A DNA stretch of 64,000 bases from an uncultured Actinomycetes bacterium (GTDB lineage Bacteria; Actinomycetota; Actinomycetes; S36-B12), in NCBI GenBank assembly GCA_963777085.1, contig CAVZPI010000010.1, positions 10,065 through 74,064 on the forward strand, written 5' to 3'. Below, in pieces: positions 36,360 to 46,434 of this stretch. The notes beneath the pieces were generated by a model. The model made no database searches. It was not told the origin of the DNA and worked only from the letters and a program-made list of their open reading frames with translations. Position numbers and translations under genes: made by a program. The stretch's first letter is position 1; the number at the start of each line of letters is the position of its first letter.

Positions 36360-36563
36360 ATGCATGCCCAGGTGGGTGACCGATTGGTGGTGCACGGCGC
36401 GCACGTCAGCGATCACGTGCGCGACGGAGTGATCCTCGAGGTGCACGGTGCCGACGGCGGCGCGCCGTATCTCGTGCGCTGGGCCGCCGACGGACACGAG
36501 TCCTTGGTGTTCCCGGGGCCCGGGACAGAGGTCGTCGCGGTGCACGGAGCGGCGTCAGGCTGA
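36360..36563 (+). CDS. DUF1918 domain protein
   Basis: 67 aa (MHAQVGDRLVVHG...ILEVHGADGGAPYLVRW...ESLVFPGPG). A GGGGAGG SD is present. It forms the tail of ORF 35670..36563. Confidence 0.7.
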   Translation: MHAQVGDRLVVHGAHVSDHVRDGVILEVHGADGGAPYLVRWAADGHESLVFPGPGTEVVAVHGAASG

Positions 36564-36629
36564 GAGCCTGGCCGTTCGGGACCGGGTCAGCACTGGCCTT
36601 CGCCGGTGTCGGCGTGCCACGCTGCTGGC

Positions 36630-37646
36630 ATGCGCGCCTGGATAGTCGACGCACCCGGTCCGATCGGCACGGGACCGCTCGTCCTGGTGGAGCGGCCCGA
36701 CCCCCAGCCCGGCCCAGGCCAGGTGCGGGTGAGGGTCCGCTGCTGCGGCGTCTGCCGAACGGACCTGCACCTCGCCGAGGGTGACCTGGCCGCCCGGCGT
36801 CATGGCGTGGTGCCCGGGCATGAGGTCGTCGGCGTCGTCGACGCGCTCGGCCCGGGGGCGTGCCGTCTGGCGGTCGGCCAGCGCGTCGGGGTCGCCTGGC
36901 TCGGCAGCACGGACGGCACCTGCCGGTACTGCCGGTCTGGGCGCGAGAACCTCTGCGTGGCACCGACTTTCACCGGGTGGGACGTGGACGGCGGGTATGC
37001 GGACCTGTGCCTCGTGGACGAGCGCTTCGCCTACGTCCTGCCCGAACGACTCGATGACGAGCAGGCGGCCCCGCTGCTGTGCGCCGGCATCATCGGCTAC
37101 CGCGCGCTGCGGACTGCCGCCATCCCGCCGGGCGGCGCCCTGGGAATCTACGGCTTCGGCGGGTCCGCGCACCTGACCGCGCAGCTGGCGCTGGCGCAGG
37201 GATTGCGGGTGCACGTCCTCACGCGCGGCGAGCACAACCGCCGGCTCGCCGTCGAGCTGGGCTGCGACTCGGTGGGCGCGGCCACCGACGAGCCGCCCGA
37301 GCTGCTCGACGGCGCGATCCTCTTCGCCCCTGCCGGCGAGCTGGTGCCGGTGGCCCTTCGCGCCCTCGACCGGGGCGGGACGCTCGCCACGGCCGGCATC
37401 TGGCTGTCCGACGTCCCTCCGCTGCGGTACGAGCGTGAGCTGTTCCACGAGCGCGTCCTGCGCAGCGTGACCGCGAACACGCGGGTCGACGGGGAGGAGT
37501 TCCTCCGCCTCGCCCAGCGACTCGGCGTTCGGGCCACGACGGTCGCGTATCCCATGGCCAGTGCCGATGCTGCGCTGCGAGACCTGGCATCGGGCGCCTT
37601 CGGCGGCGCCGCAGTGCTGCACGTCGGGGCCGGTGGCGCTGAGTAG
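36630..37646 (+). CDS. Zinc-binding alcohol dehydrogenase family protein (MDR)
   Basis: CGVCRTDLH, GHEVVG and CRYCRSGRENLC are present. An ATG at 36630 was chosen inside ORF 36606..37646. Confidence 0.85.
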   Translation: MRAWIVDAPGPIGTGPLVLVERPDPQPGPGQVRVRVRCCGVCRTDLHLAEGDLAARRHGVVPGHEVVGVVDALGPGACRLAVGQRVGVAWLGSTDGTCRYCRSGRENLCVAPTFTGWDVDGGYADLCLVDERFAYVLPERLDDEQAAPLLCAGIIGYRALRTAAIPPGGALGIYGFGGSAHLTAQLALAQGLRVHVLTRGEHNRRLAVELGCDSVGAATDEPPELLDGAILFAPAGELVPVALRALDRGGTLATAGIWLSDVPPLRYERELFHERVLRSVTANTRVDGEEFLRLAQRLGVRATTVAYPMASADAALRDLASGAFGGAAVLHVGAGGAE

Positions 37647-37751
37647 GGCCTCCCCTGGGGTCCGGCGTGAGGGGGGCACCACGAGGCCTTGGCAGGCGGC
37701 GGGCGACCGTCTGGGTTGGTGCTCGCGGAGCGTCGATGCAAGGCTGGGGTC

Positions 37752-39010
37752 ATGGGCGGTCGCATTGTCATCATGGGCTCGGGTGAGACGGCGCCCACGA
37801 TGGTCAAGGTCCATCGCGCCCTGATCGAGCAGGCGGGCGAAGGAGCCCGGGCGATGCTCGACACCCCCTTCGGGTTCCAGGCCAACGCCGACGACCTGAC
37901 CGAGAAGATCCGCGAGTACTTCGCCGAGTCCGTCGGCACGACGCTCGAGGTGGCGCGATGGCGCCGACGCGACGAGTCCGTCGCCGAGCGCGAGCGAACC
38001 GCTCGCCCTCCTGGAGCGTGCCTCGTGGGCCTTCGCCGGTCCGGGCAGCCCGATCGTACGCACTGCGCCAGTGGCAGGACACGCCCCGTCACTCGGGCGC
38101 TCGTCGACGTCGTCGGCCGCGGCGGCACCGTGGTGCTCGGCAGCGCGGCGGCCGTGACGGTCGGTAGCCATTCGGTCCCGGTCTACGAGATCTACAAGGT
38201 GGGCGAGGACCCGCGCTGGCTGGCCGGTCTTGATCTGCTCGGCGAGCTGACGGGCATCCCGGCGGCCGTCATCCCGCACTTCGACAACCGAGAGGGCGGT
38301 CGTCACGACACCCGCTTCTGCTACCTGGGCGAGCAGCGTCTCGAGGTCATGGAAGCCATGCTTCCGTCGGGCGTCGGCGTCCTCGGGGTCGACGAGCACA
38401 CCGCCGTGGTCATCGACATCGGTACCGGCACAGCGACGGTGTACGGCGCGGGCGGCATGACGCTGCGGTCAGGCGGCGCCAGCGAGTTCGTGCCCGCAGG
38501 GGAGTCGATCGGGCTGACGGACCTCGCCGCGCTCCTCAGCGGCGCGCGGCATGGCCAGTCTCGACGACTCACGTGCCTGCCCCTGCCGTCGCACGACGCG
38601 GTCGCGACGCGGACGACGTTTCCCTTCGTGCCAGCGCCGTCGCCCTCGCGCCACGTTCGACGGTTGCCTGGCTCCAGGCCGATGCTGAAGGAGCCCTGGC
38701 CGCGTGCCTCGACCTCGAGGACGCGATCCACGCGTGGTCGGCCGACACGCTGCAGAGCGACGACCTCGACGTGGCCCGCCAGACCCTTCGGTCGATGCTC
38801 GTCGATCTCGCGAACTCGGCCGTACTGGGGCTTCGGGACCCCCGGGTCGTCGTGGGCCCGATCGTCGAAGTGGCACTGGCCGCGCGGCTACGGGCACGTG
38901 AGGCGCGCGACTTCGCGATGAGCGACCTCATCCGCGACGGACTGGCGGGCGCCGGGATCGAGGTGCAGGACACCCCGCAGGGAATGGTGTGGAGCATCGT
39001 CCCCGGCTGA
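37752..39010 (+). pseudogene. Conserved actinobacterial protein (GATase1/peptidase-E-like N-terminus, CysRS-anticodon-domain-like C-terminus) with several frame changes
   Basis: The N-terminus (MGGRIVIMGSGETAPTM) is in frame 0. Three successive +1 shifts occur within 37995-38090 (LALLERASWAFAGPGSP / SYALRQWQDTP / VTRALVDVV). The C-terminal third (LDLEDAIHAWSADTLQSDD...DLIRDGLAGAGIEVQDTPQG) is in the frame of ORF 38573..39010. Confidence 0.6.
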
Positions 39011-39099
39011 CTCTTCGGCCGTGACCATCCCGACGGGCCGTTGCGGCTCGGAGGTGAGAGAGTCTAACCCGACAGGTCTGGACACGATGGGAGCGGAAC

Positions 39100-40132
39100 G
39101 TGGGCGGAACGGTCATACGCGTCGGGTTGCTTGCCTACGGTGCAATCGGCCATGAGCACAATCTGGCGGTGCGGGCCACCAGCGGTCTGACACTCACCGC
39201 TGTCAGTGACACCAATCCCGAGCGCATCGCGGCGGCCCTGACGTGGTCCCCGGGTGCCACGCCTTTCAGCGATTCCTTGGCCATGCTGGACTCCGGCCTT
39301 ATCGACCTGGTCATCGTCTCGACCCCGCCCGACACCCACTTCCCCTGGGCGAAGGCCGCCCTCGAACGAGGGCATCCACGTGATCCTCGAGAAGCCGATG
39401 GCTCTGACGACCGACCAATGCGACCAACTCATGGCGCTCTGGCGGCCGTCCGGCCTGCTCCTGGTCGTCTACCAGAATCGACGCTACGACGCGGACTTCG
39501 TCACGCTCGTGGATCTCGTCGAGTCGGGGGCCGATCGGCGAGGTCTTCCAATACGACTCGTTCGTCGGCGGCTTCAGCGAGCCCTGCGACTTCTGGCACT
39601 CGGACGCAGCCGTCTCGGGCGGCGCCATCTTCGACTGGGGCAGTCACTTCCTCGACCAGATCCTGGCCGTGCTCCCCGGGACCGTCGCTCATGTCTCCGG
39701 GCAGAATCACAAGCGCCGCTGGTTGCACGCGACGAACGCCGATCACGCGCAGGTGACGGTGACGTTCACCGACGGGACGCAGGCCACCTTCGTCAACTCT
39801 GATCTCGCTGCGGCGCGCAGCCGAAGTTCTACGTTCTCGGCACCCGTGGTGCGATCGTCGGCGACTGGGATCCTGCGGGCCGAGCCGGCGGTCGCCGATC
39901 TGCCTGCGATTCTCACCCTGTTTCGGGAGGACGGCACGCGCGAGGTCGTACCCCTCGTGACCGTCGAGCCGTACTCGCTTCCACCGCTCCGTTGCGGCGC
40001 ACCTGATCGACGGCACAGCGATGGCGATCACCGCGCGAGCAGTCACGTGATGTCGTCGCGATCATGCAGGCGGCAGAGTCGTCGGCCCTGGCAAATGGGC
40101 TTCCGGTAACTCCCGGGCTCCTGCGGGGATGA
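39100..40132 (+). pseudogene. Gfo/Idh/MocA family oxidoreductase, at least 5 frameshifts
   Basis: VGLLAYGAIGHEH, GIHVILEKPMALT, AIGEVFQYDSF.., TVAHVSGQNHKRRW and EPYS..HRSVAAHLIDG segments alternate between frames (ORFs 39100, 39254 and 39669). Confidence 0.75.
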
Positions 40133-41073
40133 CGGTCGGCTGGGGATTCATCGGCGCTGGGTGGATCGCCCGGACCGTGCGATGGCTCCCGCCGTGCATG
40201 CACGCTAGCAAGGCCTGCCTCGAGGCCGCGGCAAGTCGTGATCCGGCGCGCAGCCGCGCCTCGGGCCCAGCACGGGCCACGCGTCCTATGCGCCGTGCTC
40301 GACGATCCCGACGTGGACGCGGTCTACGTCTGCCTGGCGAACCACCAGCATCACGAATGGATGATACGCGCACTGTAGGCGGGCAAGCACGTCCTCTGTG
40401 AGAAGCCACTCGCACTCGACCGCGCGCAGGCCGAGTGGATGGTACGGGCGGCGGTCGAGGCGGACCGCCTGCTGGTGGAGGCGGTGTGGTGCCGATGGCA
40501 CCCGCGCCACCGGCGACTGGCAGCACTCGCGACGTCGGGCCAGCTCGGCGAGGTCCTGTCGGTCGATAGTGCCTTCACGTTTCCGGGCGAGACCACGGGC
40601 AGCTACCGGCTCCGTGCCAGGGTTCGGCGGCGGCGCGCTGCTCGACGTCGGCGGCTACCAGGTGCATGCCTGGACGGCGATGGCCGGTTGCGTGCCGCAG
40701 GTGCGCATCGATCGGGCCGAGCGGACCCTGGGCCACCGGCATCGACGTGACCACGCGCGTGGCTGCGTCCGTCGGGGCGGCGGGACGTGCCACCGCGGTC
40801 GCCTCCTTCGTGCTGCCCGAGCACCAGTACCTCGTCGTCACCGGCCGCGATGCGGTCGCTCGCATGGGCGAGGGCGCGGCCTTCACCACATGGCAGCAGG
40901 AGAGCACGCTCGTCATCGGGGACCACGTCGAGACGTTTCCCGCAGCGGACGCCTACCGGCTGATGGTGGAGGCGGTGGGCGACCGCGTCGGCGGCGGGAG
41001 CGCCTGGTGCGTGCCGCTCGACGAGTCGGTGGGCGTGTGCGCGATCCTCGACGAGGTGCGTGCGCATCCGTGA
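40129..41073 (+). pseudogene. Second Gfo/Idh/MocA family oxidoreductase, multiple frameshifts
   Basis: VGWGFIGAGWIAR (ORF 40129), EADRLLVEAVWCRWHP (40439), GFGGGALLDVGGYQVH (40398) and the C-terminal part in 40666..41073 lie in different frames. ATGA overlap with the upstream pseudogene. Confidence 0.7.
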
Positions 41074-41176
41074 CGGTGTCCCCGCGAGGAATCAGGTCGC
41101 ACGCCGGTTCATCGACTGCGGGATGGCGGCGGGCATCGAGTACCTTGGGATCCCTGGCTCGGGGGAGGTAGGCACC

Positions 41177-43567
41177 ATGCAGGCTGCCTGGTACGACGAC
41201 CCCGTCGACCCGACGCGCAAGCGGTACTGGGACGGACGGAGCTGGACGCAGAACATCCTGCTGCCCGGCCCGGCACCGGTCCACCTCCCGCCACCGGGTT
41301 CCACGCCCCCTTCCCCGCCCGATGCGATCCCCGCCGTGGCTGGAGTCGGCACGACTGCGCAGGCAGGGGAGTCCGCCGTGGTGAGAGCGGCACAGGCCCC
41401 GACCCCGCACGCCTCGCTCACCACGCAGCAGCTCCTGCTCGGCCTCGGTGGCGCTCTCATCCTGACCGCGGTGATCGCCTTCATCGCCTTCATCTGGGGG
41501 ACGGTCGGCCCCTATGGGCAGGCCGGGATCCTGTCGCTGGTCGCCCTCTGCTTCGGTGTCGCTGCGGTGCGCATCAGGACCCTGACGGCGACCCGTGAGA
41601 CCTTCGCCGTCATCTCCTGGGGCATCTTCGCGATCCTCGTCGGCGTGGGCCCGTCGTTCGGGTTCCTGCCTGCGGACCTGTTCACGGACCTGTCATTCGC
41701 GACCGCCGCGCTGCTGTCGGTGGTCACGGCACTGACCATGGGCGCGGCACTGCGTTGGCGCTTCACGGTCCTCCGGCTCATCGGATGGGCCACGTACGTC
41801 TTGACGGTGCTCGTCGCCATCGCCGCCGTGCAGAACGGCCTGGACGTCCAGGAGCCGGCGGCGCTGTGGTCGGTGGGGCTGGCAGCGGCTGCGGCAGCAA
41901 CCCTGCTCGTGCCCCGGCCGGTGACCGCGTGGTGTGCGCGCGCCGCAGTCGTGCTGCTGCTGACGGGCATGACGGGCGTGCCTGTCGTCGCCGTCGTGCT
42001 CGTGGCCTCCGTCCGCTCGCCTGCGGCCGGCGTCGCGATCCTCGTGGTCGCCGGGATCGCGGCATCGGCCTCGCGACTCTCGCGTGCGCCGCTCATCCGG
42101 GCCGCGTCTCTGACGATCGCGTCCGCAACCCTCGGGGCCGCCGCCGGCGTGCTGCTTGGCCTCGTCCCGAGCGCACCGTGGGAGGCCGCGCTGATCGCCC
42201 TGGTGGGCTGCCTGGCGACGGCCGTGACGTACGCCCGTCGCAGCTGGACCGGTGTGGTCCTGTCGACGGTCATGTGGCTGACGTGGCTGATCGGCGTGAC
42301 GCAGACGAGCGCGGACGAAGACGAGTTGCTGTGGGCGGTCACGGTGTTCCTCACCGTCGTCGCCCTGTCCGCGCTGGTCTTCTCGGTCGTGAGTGCGCTG
42401 CACGACGTCGTCTTCGTGTTCGCCGGCGCCGGCTGGCTGGCCGCCACGCTCTACCTGGCGCTCACCGACGTGGACCTCGTCGAGGCCTATGCCGCCGCGT
42501 CGCTCGTCATCGTCGTCATCATGCTCGTCGTCCTCCGACGAGCGGGCACCCTTGCTGCTGCTCGCTTCCGGGAGCTCGCCATCGCAGCCGTGCTGCTCGC
42601 CACGGTGCCGAGCGCGCTCGCGGCGGTCATCGACCCCTCGGGCCCCGATACCGTGCCGCTGCACCTCGTGATCGGGCTTGGCGGGATCGCGGGCGCCTTC
42701 GCGTGGGCCGCCGTGGACCGTCGCGTGCGTCCGGTTGCGTGGCCTGCGGCGTGCCTGCTGACCCTGACGATCTGGAGTCCGATCGGCGAGATCCTGCCGG
42801 GCGAGCCCACCGTCGAGTACATCACCCTGACGGCCGCCGCGTCCTTCCTCGCCGCGGCCTGGATCGCCCTGTCGCGCAGGGCGGCCGGCCGGTTCTCCAT
42901 CGTCGCGGTCCTGGTCGTCAGTGCCGTCCACACCCTCGTGCTGTGGTCCTGGCTGCTCGACCGCGAGCAGTCCGATGGCATCCCGTTCCTGCCGCCGCTG
43001 ACGATCGCGATCGTCGCCCTCGGTCTCGTGACCTGGGAGTGGCTCGCGCTTCGTCGCGAGGTGACGGCCGGCTACTGGGTGGCTGCCTTCATCGTGCTCG
43101 TCACGGCGTGGATCCCCATGCTCGAGGGTGACGTCGAGTCGGCCGGGCACTACGGCGTCATCCTCGCCTGCGCCTACCTGCTCGCGAGCGTGCCCACCCT
43201 GCTGCGCCACCGCGAGCTCAACAGCATGGTCTGGCTCGCGCCCGCGGTGCTCGCCGCCACCACCCCCTACACGCTCGAGTACGGGGTGGACGCCGGACGC
43301 GCACCGATGCTGTTCGTGGTCGTGCTCGCCGTCGCCGTGGTGCTCTCGGTCGTAGGGGGCCTGCGAGGCATCGGCGGGCTGTTCGTACCGGGGATCGTCA
43401 ACGTCGCCGTGATCGTCGTCGCGCAGATCGTCTTCGTCGTCGGGATCGTCCCGGTGTGGGTGACCCTCGCGGTCGGCGGGGCGGCTCTCCTCGCGGTCGG
43501 CGTCCGGCTCGAGTGGACGCGCATTGCCCTGCGGACCGGCACCACGTGGGTCCGGGCCCTCGAATAG
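41177..43567 (+). CDS. DUF2510-headed polytopic membrane protein (about 20 TM helices)
   Basis: An ATG at 41177 follows a GGGGGAGG SD. The N-terminus (MQAAWYDDPVDPTRKRYWDGRSWTQ) is the DUF2510 motif. A long hydrophobic repeat region follows. Confidence 0.8.
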   Translation: MQAAWYDDPVDPTRKRYWDGRSWTQNILLPGPAPVHLPPPGSTPPSPPDAIPAVAGVGTTAQAGESAVVRAAQAPTPHASLTTQQLLLGLGGALILTAVIAFIAFIWGTVGPYGQAGILSLVALCFGVAAVRIRTLTATRETFAVISWGIFAILVGVGPSFGFLPADLFTDLSFATAALLSVVTALTMGAALRWRFTVLRLIGWATYVLTVLVAIAAVQNGLDVQEPAALWSVGLAAAAAATLLVPRPVTAWCARAAVVLLLTGMTGVPVVAVVLVASVRSPAAGVAILVVAGIAASASRLSRAPLIRAASLTIASATLGAAAGVLLGLVPSAPWEAALIALVGCLATAVTYARRSWTGVVLSTVMWLTWLIGVTQTSADEDELLWAVTVFLTVVALSALVFSVVSALHDVVFVFAGAGWLAATLYLALTDVDLVEAYAAASLVIVVIMLVVLRRAGTLAAARFRELAIAAVLLATVPSALAAVIDPSGPDTVPLHLVIGLGGIAGAFAWAAVDRRVRPVAWPAACLLTLTIWSPIGEILPGEPTVEYITLTAAASFLAAAWIALSRRAAGRFSIVAVLVVSAVHTLVLWSWLLDREQSDGIPFLPPLTIAIVALGLVTWEWLALRREVTAGYWVAAFIVLVTAWIPMLEGDVESAGHYGVILACAYLLASVPTLLRHRELNSMVWLAPAVLAATTPYTLEYGVDAGRAPMLFVVVLAVAVVLSVVGGLRGIGGLFVPGIVNVAVIVVAQIVFVVGIVPVWVTLAVGGAALLAVGVRLEWTRIALRTGTTWVRALE

Positions 43568-43594
43568 CCAGGAGCGCGCAGTCCGCGGAGGCGG

Positions 43595-44209
43595 GTGCAC
43601 AATGCCCGCATGATGTCCGTGATCCCGCTGGCGTTCTCGGCATCGTGGGCGAGCGGCATCAACCCCTATCTGCTTGTCCTCCTCATGGGACTCCTCGGCC
43701 GGTTCAGCGACGCCGACGTGCCCCCCGGCTTCGAGCGACTCGACGTGCTGGCGGTGTTCGCCGCCCTCGCCGTCGTCGATGCGATCGCCGACAAGATCAT
43801 GCTGGTCGACTCCGCCTGGGACGCGCTGAACACCGCGATCCGCCCGATCGCCGGTGCGGTCGTGGCGGCGCTGATCGCCGCGCCCCACGTGGGCCTGCCC
43901 ACCGCGGCGGTCGCGGCCGCGGGCGGGCTGGTCGCCCTGATCACGCATCTGGCCAAGGCCACCGTGCGGCTTGGCGTGAACACCTCGCCGGAGCCGGTGA
44001 GCAATGTGGCGGTGTCGGTTGCGGAGGACGTGGCCGTGTGCACCGTCGTCCTGGTGGCGGTGGTCAATCCGTGGATCGCTGCCGCCATCGCGCTCGTCCT
44101 GCTGGCCGGCGCCGTCATCGTCGCGATCGTCGTCGGCCGGACGGCTGGATCCGGCCTGCGCAGGGTGCGCGCCTGGCGAGCCCGTCGGCCAGCCGATTTC
44201 GCCCCCTGA
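43595..44209 (+). CDS. DUF4126 domain membrane protein
   Basis: 204 aa with SASWASGINPYLLVLLMGLLGR...DKIMLVDSAWDALNT. An alternative start lies at 43610. Confidence 0.75.
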   Translation: MHNARMMSVIPLAFSASWASGINPYLLVLLMGLLGRFSDADVPPGFERLDVLAVFAALAVVDAIADKIMLVDSAWDALNTAIRPIAGAVVAALIAAPHVGLPTAAVAAAGGLVALITHLAKATVRLGVNTSPEPVSNVAVSVAEDVAVCTVVLVAVVNPWIAAAIALVLLAGAVIVAIVVGRTAGSGLRRVRAWRARRPADFAP

Positions 44210-44224
44210 GTGTCCCCTGCCCAA

Positions 44225-44290
44225 CCGATGCCTCGCCACTCGTGGGGGAGAATTCGAGCCGTGGAGCCCCCACGAGAGACGAGGCATCGG
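44225..44290. repeat. Repeat family B, copy 1 (long-stem palindromic element)
   Basis: CCGATGCCTCGCCACTCGTGGGGG-18 nt-CCCCCACGAGAGACGAGGCATCGG. It starts 16 nt after the DUF4126 stop. Confidence 0.85.
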
Positions 44291-44381
44291 AGGGTCTTCT
44301 CGATCGGGGTTGGCGACCCTCCTCGGGCTACCATCGGGCGACCCTGCGCACGTGCAGCAGGCGTGCGAAGGAGAGGTCGTC

Positions 44382-45005
44382 ATGCGGCAGGGGATGATCC
44401 GCGCAGGGGGACTGGCCGCGGTGGCCGTCGTCGGCGTGCTGGCCTTGACGGCCTGCGGAGGCGGCACCGACTCGGCGGCGACGTCGAGCCGCGGCGAGTC
44501 GGTGACGGCACAGAGCGCAGCTGAACCACAGAGCGCAGCTGAACCACAGAGCGCAGCTGCACCACAGAGCGCCCCTGCAGCACAGAGCGCAGCTGCAGCG
44601 GAGAGCCCCGTCGTCGAGACAGCGGCGGATGGCAGTGTCCCGGACCCGTGCGGGCTGCTCTCGCAGGACGACCTGGCGACCATCCTCGGCAAGGCACCGG
44701 GCAACGGCGAACTGGCGGGCACGTCGCCGAACCTGCGGCAGGTGTGCACCTACCCGGGCGGCACGATCCTGGGCGTCGAGGTGGGCGAGGACTACGACGC
44801 CTCGCTGGCGGCCATCGAGACGGCCGGGCTCGGCGGCAGCGCGTCGGAGCTCAAGGGCGTCGGCGAGAGGGCCGTCTTCGTGACCTATGACATGGGCGTC
44901 GTGCAGGTGTTCGCGCTCCAGGGCGGCTACATGGTCGACGTCACCGGCATGCTCTCGAAGAAGCAGGCGATCGCGCTCGCAGAGGCCATGCTCTCGGCGC
45001 TCTGA
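44382..45005 (+). CDS. Lipoprotein (DUF3558-like) with a hexapeptide tandem repeat
   Basis: It has a GAAGGAGAGG SD, an LALTAC lipobox and a (QSAAEP)n low-complexity linker. The C-terminal domain contains DPCGLLSQDDL. Confidence 0.75.
   Translation: MRQGMIRAGGLAAVAVVGVLALTACGGGTDSAATSSRGESVTAQSAAEPQSAAEPQSAAAPQSAPAAQSAAAAESPVVETAADGSVPDPCGLLSQDDLATILGKAPGNGELAGTSPNLRQVCTYPGGTILGVEVGEDYDASLAAIETAGLGGSASELKGVGERAVFVTYDMGVVQVFALQGGYMVDVTGMLSKKQAIALAEAMLSAL
44509..44598 (+). repeat. 5 x 18-bp in-frame tandem repeat (CACAGAGCGCAGCTGAAC)
   Basis: Units 1 and 2 are identical. Units 3-5 carry 1-4 substitutions. The repeat lies inside the lipoprotein linker. Confidence 0.9.
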
Positions 45006-45039
45006 GGATGGTCCGGCACGGCAGGGGAAGGGTGGGAGC

Positions 45040-46425
45040 ATGGGCGAGGGCCTGGCATCGAGACGGGACTTCATCAAGATGGCGGGGATCGGGGCCAGCG
45101 TGGTCGCCTTCCCGCAGGCCCTTGGCATGTCGCCTGCGTCGGCTGCGACGTCGGCACCGGCGTCGGGCGCGGCTGCCGGCCGAACGGTGCCGTACCGGGT
45201 GGGCAGGTGGCTGCCATCCGACCAGGCGGTGCTCAGCAGCTGGCTCGAGGACCACATCAGGGCCGTAGATGCGCATCCGCAGCCCCTTCTCCCGTCGGTC
45301 GAGAGGCTGAAGGACCTCATCGAGAGCGATCCCGAGATCTACATGTACTTCCACCTGATGTTCGAGCAGCTGCCCCACCGGCCGAAGTTCGCCGAGACCT
45401 CCTTGAACCGTCCGCAGGTCCGCGACTACGAGCACATGCTCGCGCTGATCAACGGCATCCTGACGACCGCTCCCGCGTTCAACACCACCGGCCTCGTCGG
45501 GTTCCCCATCAACGCCATCCTCGACTGGCCCATGGGAACGGAGGGCGGATTCGCCGCATTCCTCAATGACGACGTCAATGCCGCGTTCAAGGGGATCCTC
45601 AATGCGTGGGCGGTGTTCCTCGGCTCCGCGGACTCGACCTACGTGCTGGGCAAGGACCCCCGGCACGGCTGGTTCGGTCGCGAGGCCATGGCCGCGATGC
45701 CGGACTTCGACGCGGAGTTCCGGTGCGACCCGTCCCAGCCGCACCACGGATTCACGTCCTGGGACGACTTCTTCACGCGGGAGTTCCGACCGGGCCAGCG
45801 GCCGGTCGCCTCACCGCGCGACAGCGGGGTCATCGTCAACGCCTGCGAGTCCGCGCCCTTCCGCATCGCCCGAAGGGTCAAGCGGGTCGACCGATTCTGG
45901 ATCAAGGGCCAGCCGTACTCGTTGCGCCACATGTTCGCCGACGATCCGGTGAACGAGAGCTTCGTGGGCGGCACCATCTACCAGGCCTTCCTCAGCGCGC
46001 TGAGCTACCACCGCTGGCACAGCCCGGTGAGCGGAACCATCGTCAACTCCTACGTCATCGACGGTTCGTACTACTCCGAGACTCCCGCCGTGGGCTACGA
46101 CCCGGCGGGTCCGAACGACTCCCAGGGCTACATCACCGAGGTGGCCACGCGTGCCGTAGTCCTGATCGAGGCCGACGATCCGCGGATCGGGCTCATGTGC
46201 TTCATGCCGGTGGGCATGGCGGAGGTCTCCACCTGCGACGTGACGGTCGATGTCGGCCAGCACGTCGACAAGGGCGACGAGATCGGCATGTTCCACTTCG
46301 GCGGGTCCACGCACTGCCTGATCTTCCGACCGGGCGTGCGGCTCCACTTCGACCTGCACGGGCAGGAGCCCGGCCTGGAGTCGAGCAACATCCCGATCAA
46401 TTCGGCCATCGCCCGGGTAACCTGA
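45040..46425 (+). CDS. Phosphatidylserine-decarboxylase-family (PSDC+PSD, PsiD-like) protein with a Tat signal
   Basis: It has an SRRDFIKMAGIGA twin-arginine motif and FHFGGSTH (the self-processing GS(T) pyruvoyl site). An ATG at 45040 was chosen inside ORF 44887..46425. Confidence 0.75.
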   Translation: MGEGLASRRDFIKMAGIGASVVAFPQALGMSPASAATSAPASGAAAGRTVPYRVGRWLPSDQAVLSSWLEDHIRAVDAHPQPLLPSVERLKDLIESDPEIYMYFHLMFEQLPHRPKFAETSLNRPQVRDYEHMLALINGILTTAPAFNTTGLVGFPINAILDWPMGTEGGFAAFLNDDVNAAFKGILNAWAVFLGSADSTYVLGKDPRHGWFGREAMAAMPDFDAEFRCDPSQPHHGFTSWDDFFTREFRPGQRPVASPRDSGVIVNACESAPFRIARRVKRVDRFWIKGQPYSLRHMFADDPVNESFVGGTIYQAFLSALSYHRWHSPVSGTIVNSYVIDGSYYSETPAVGYDPAGPNDSQGYITEVATRAVVLIEADDPRIGLMCFMPVGMAEVSTCDVTVDVGQHVDKGDEIGMFHFGGSTHCLIFRPGVRLHFDLHGQEPGLESSNIPINSAIARVT

Positions 46426-46434
46426 ACGGGTGCG

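Noticed and set aside
44509-44598. 18-bp repeats considered as a CRISPR-like array.
   Set aside because: The units are contiguous with no spacers and are in frame within a lipoprotein gene. No cas genes are present in the window.
41693-44749. Very long antisense ORFs, for example the 1018-aa ORF 41693..44749 (-). Others are 11166..12959 (+) upstream part, 11814..14036 (-) upstream part, 17007..19550 (-), 55910..57715 (-) and 19178..20893 outside the fadD segments.
   Set aside because: These are typical high-GC shadow ORFs. Their translations are Arg/Pro/Gly/His-rich low-complexity sequence with no recognisable motifs. They overlap well-supported genes on the other strand or frame, which carry the GC3 bias.
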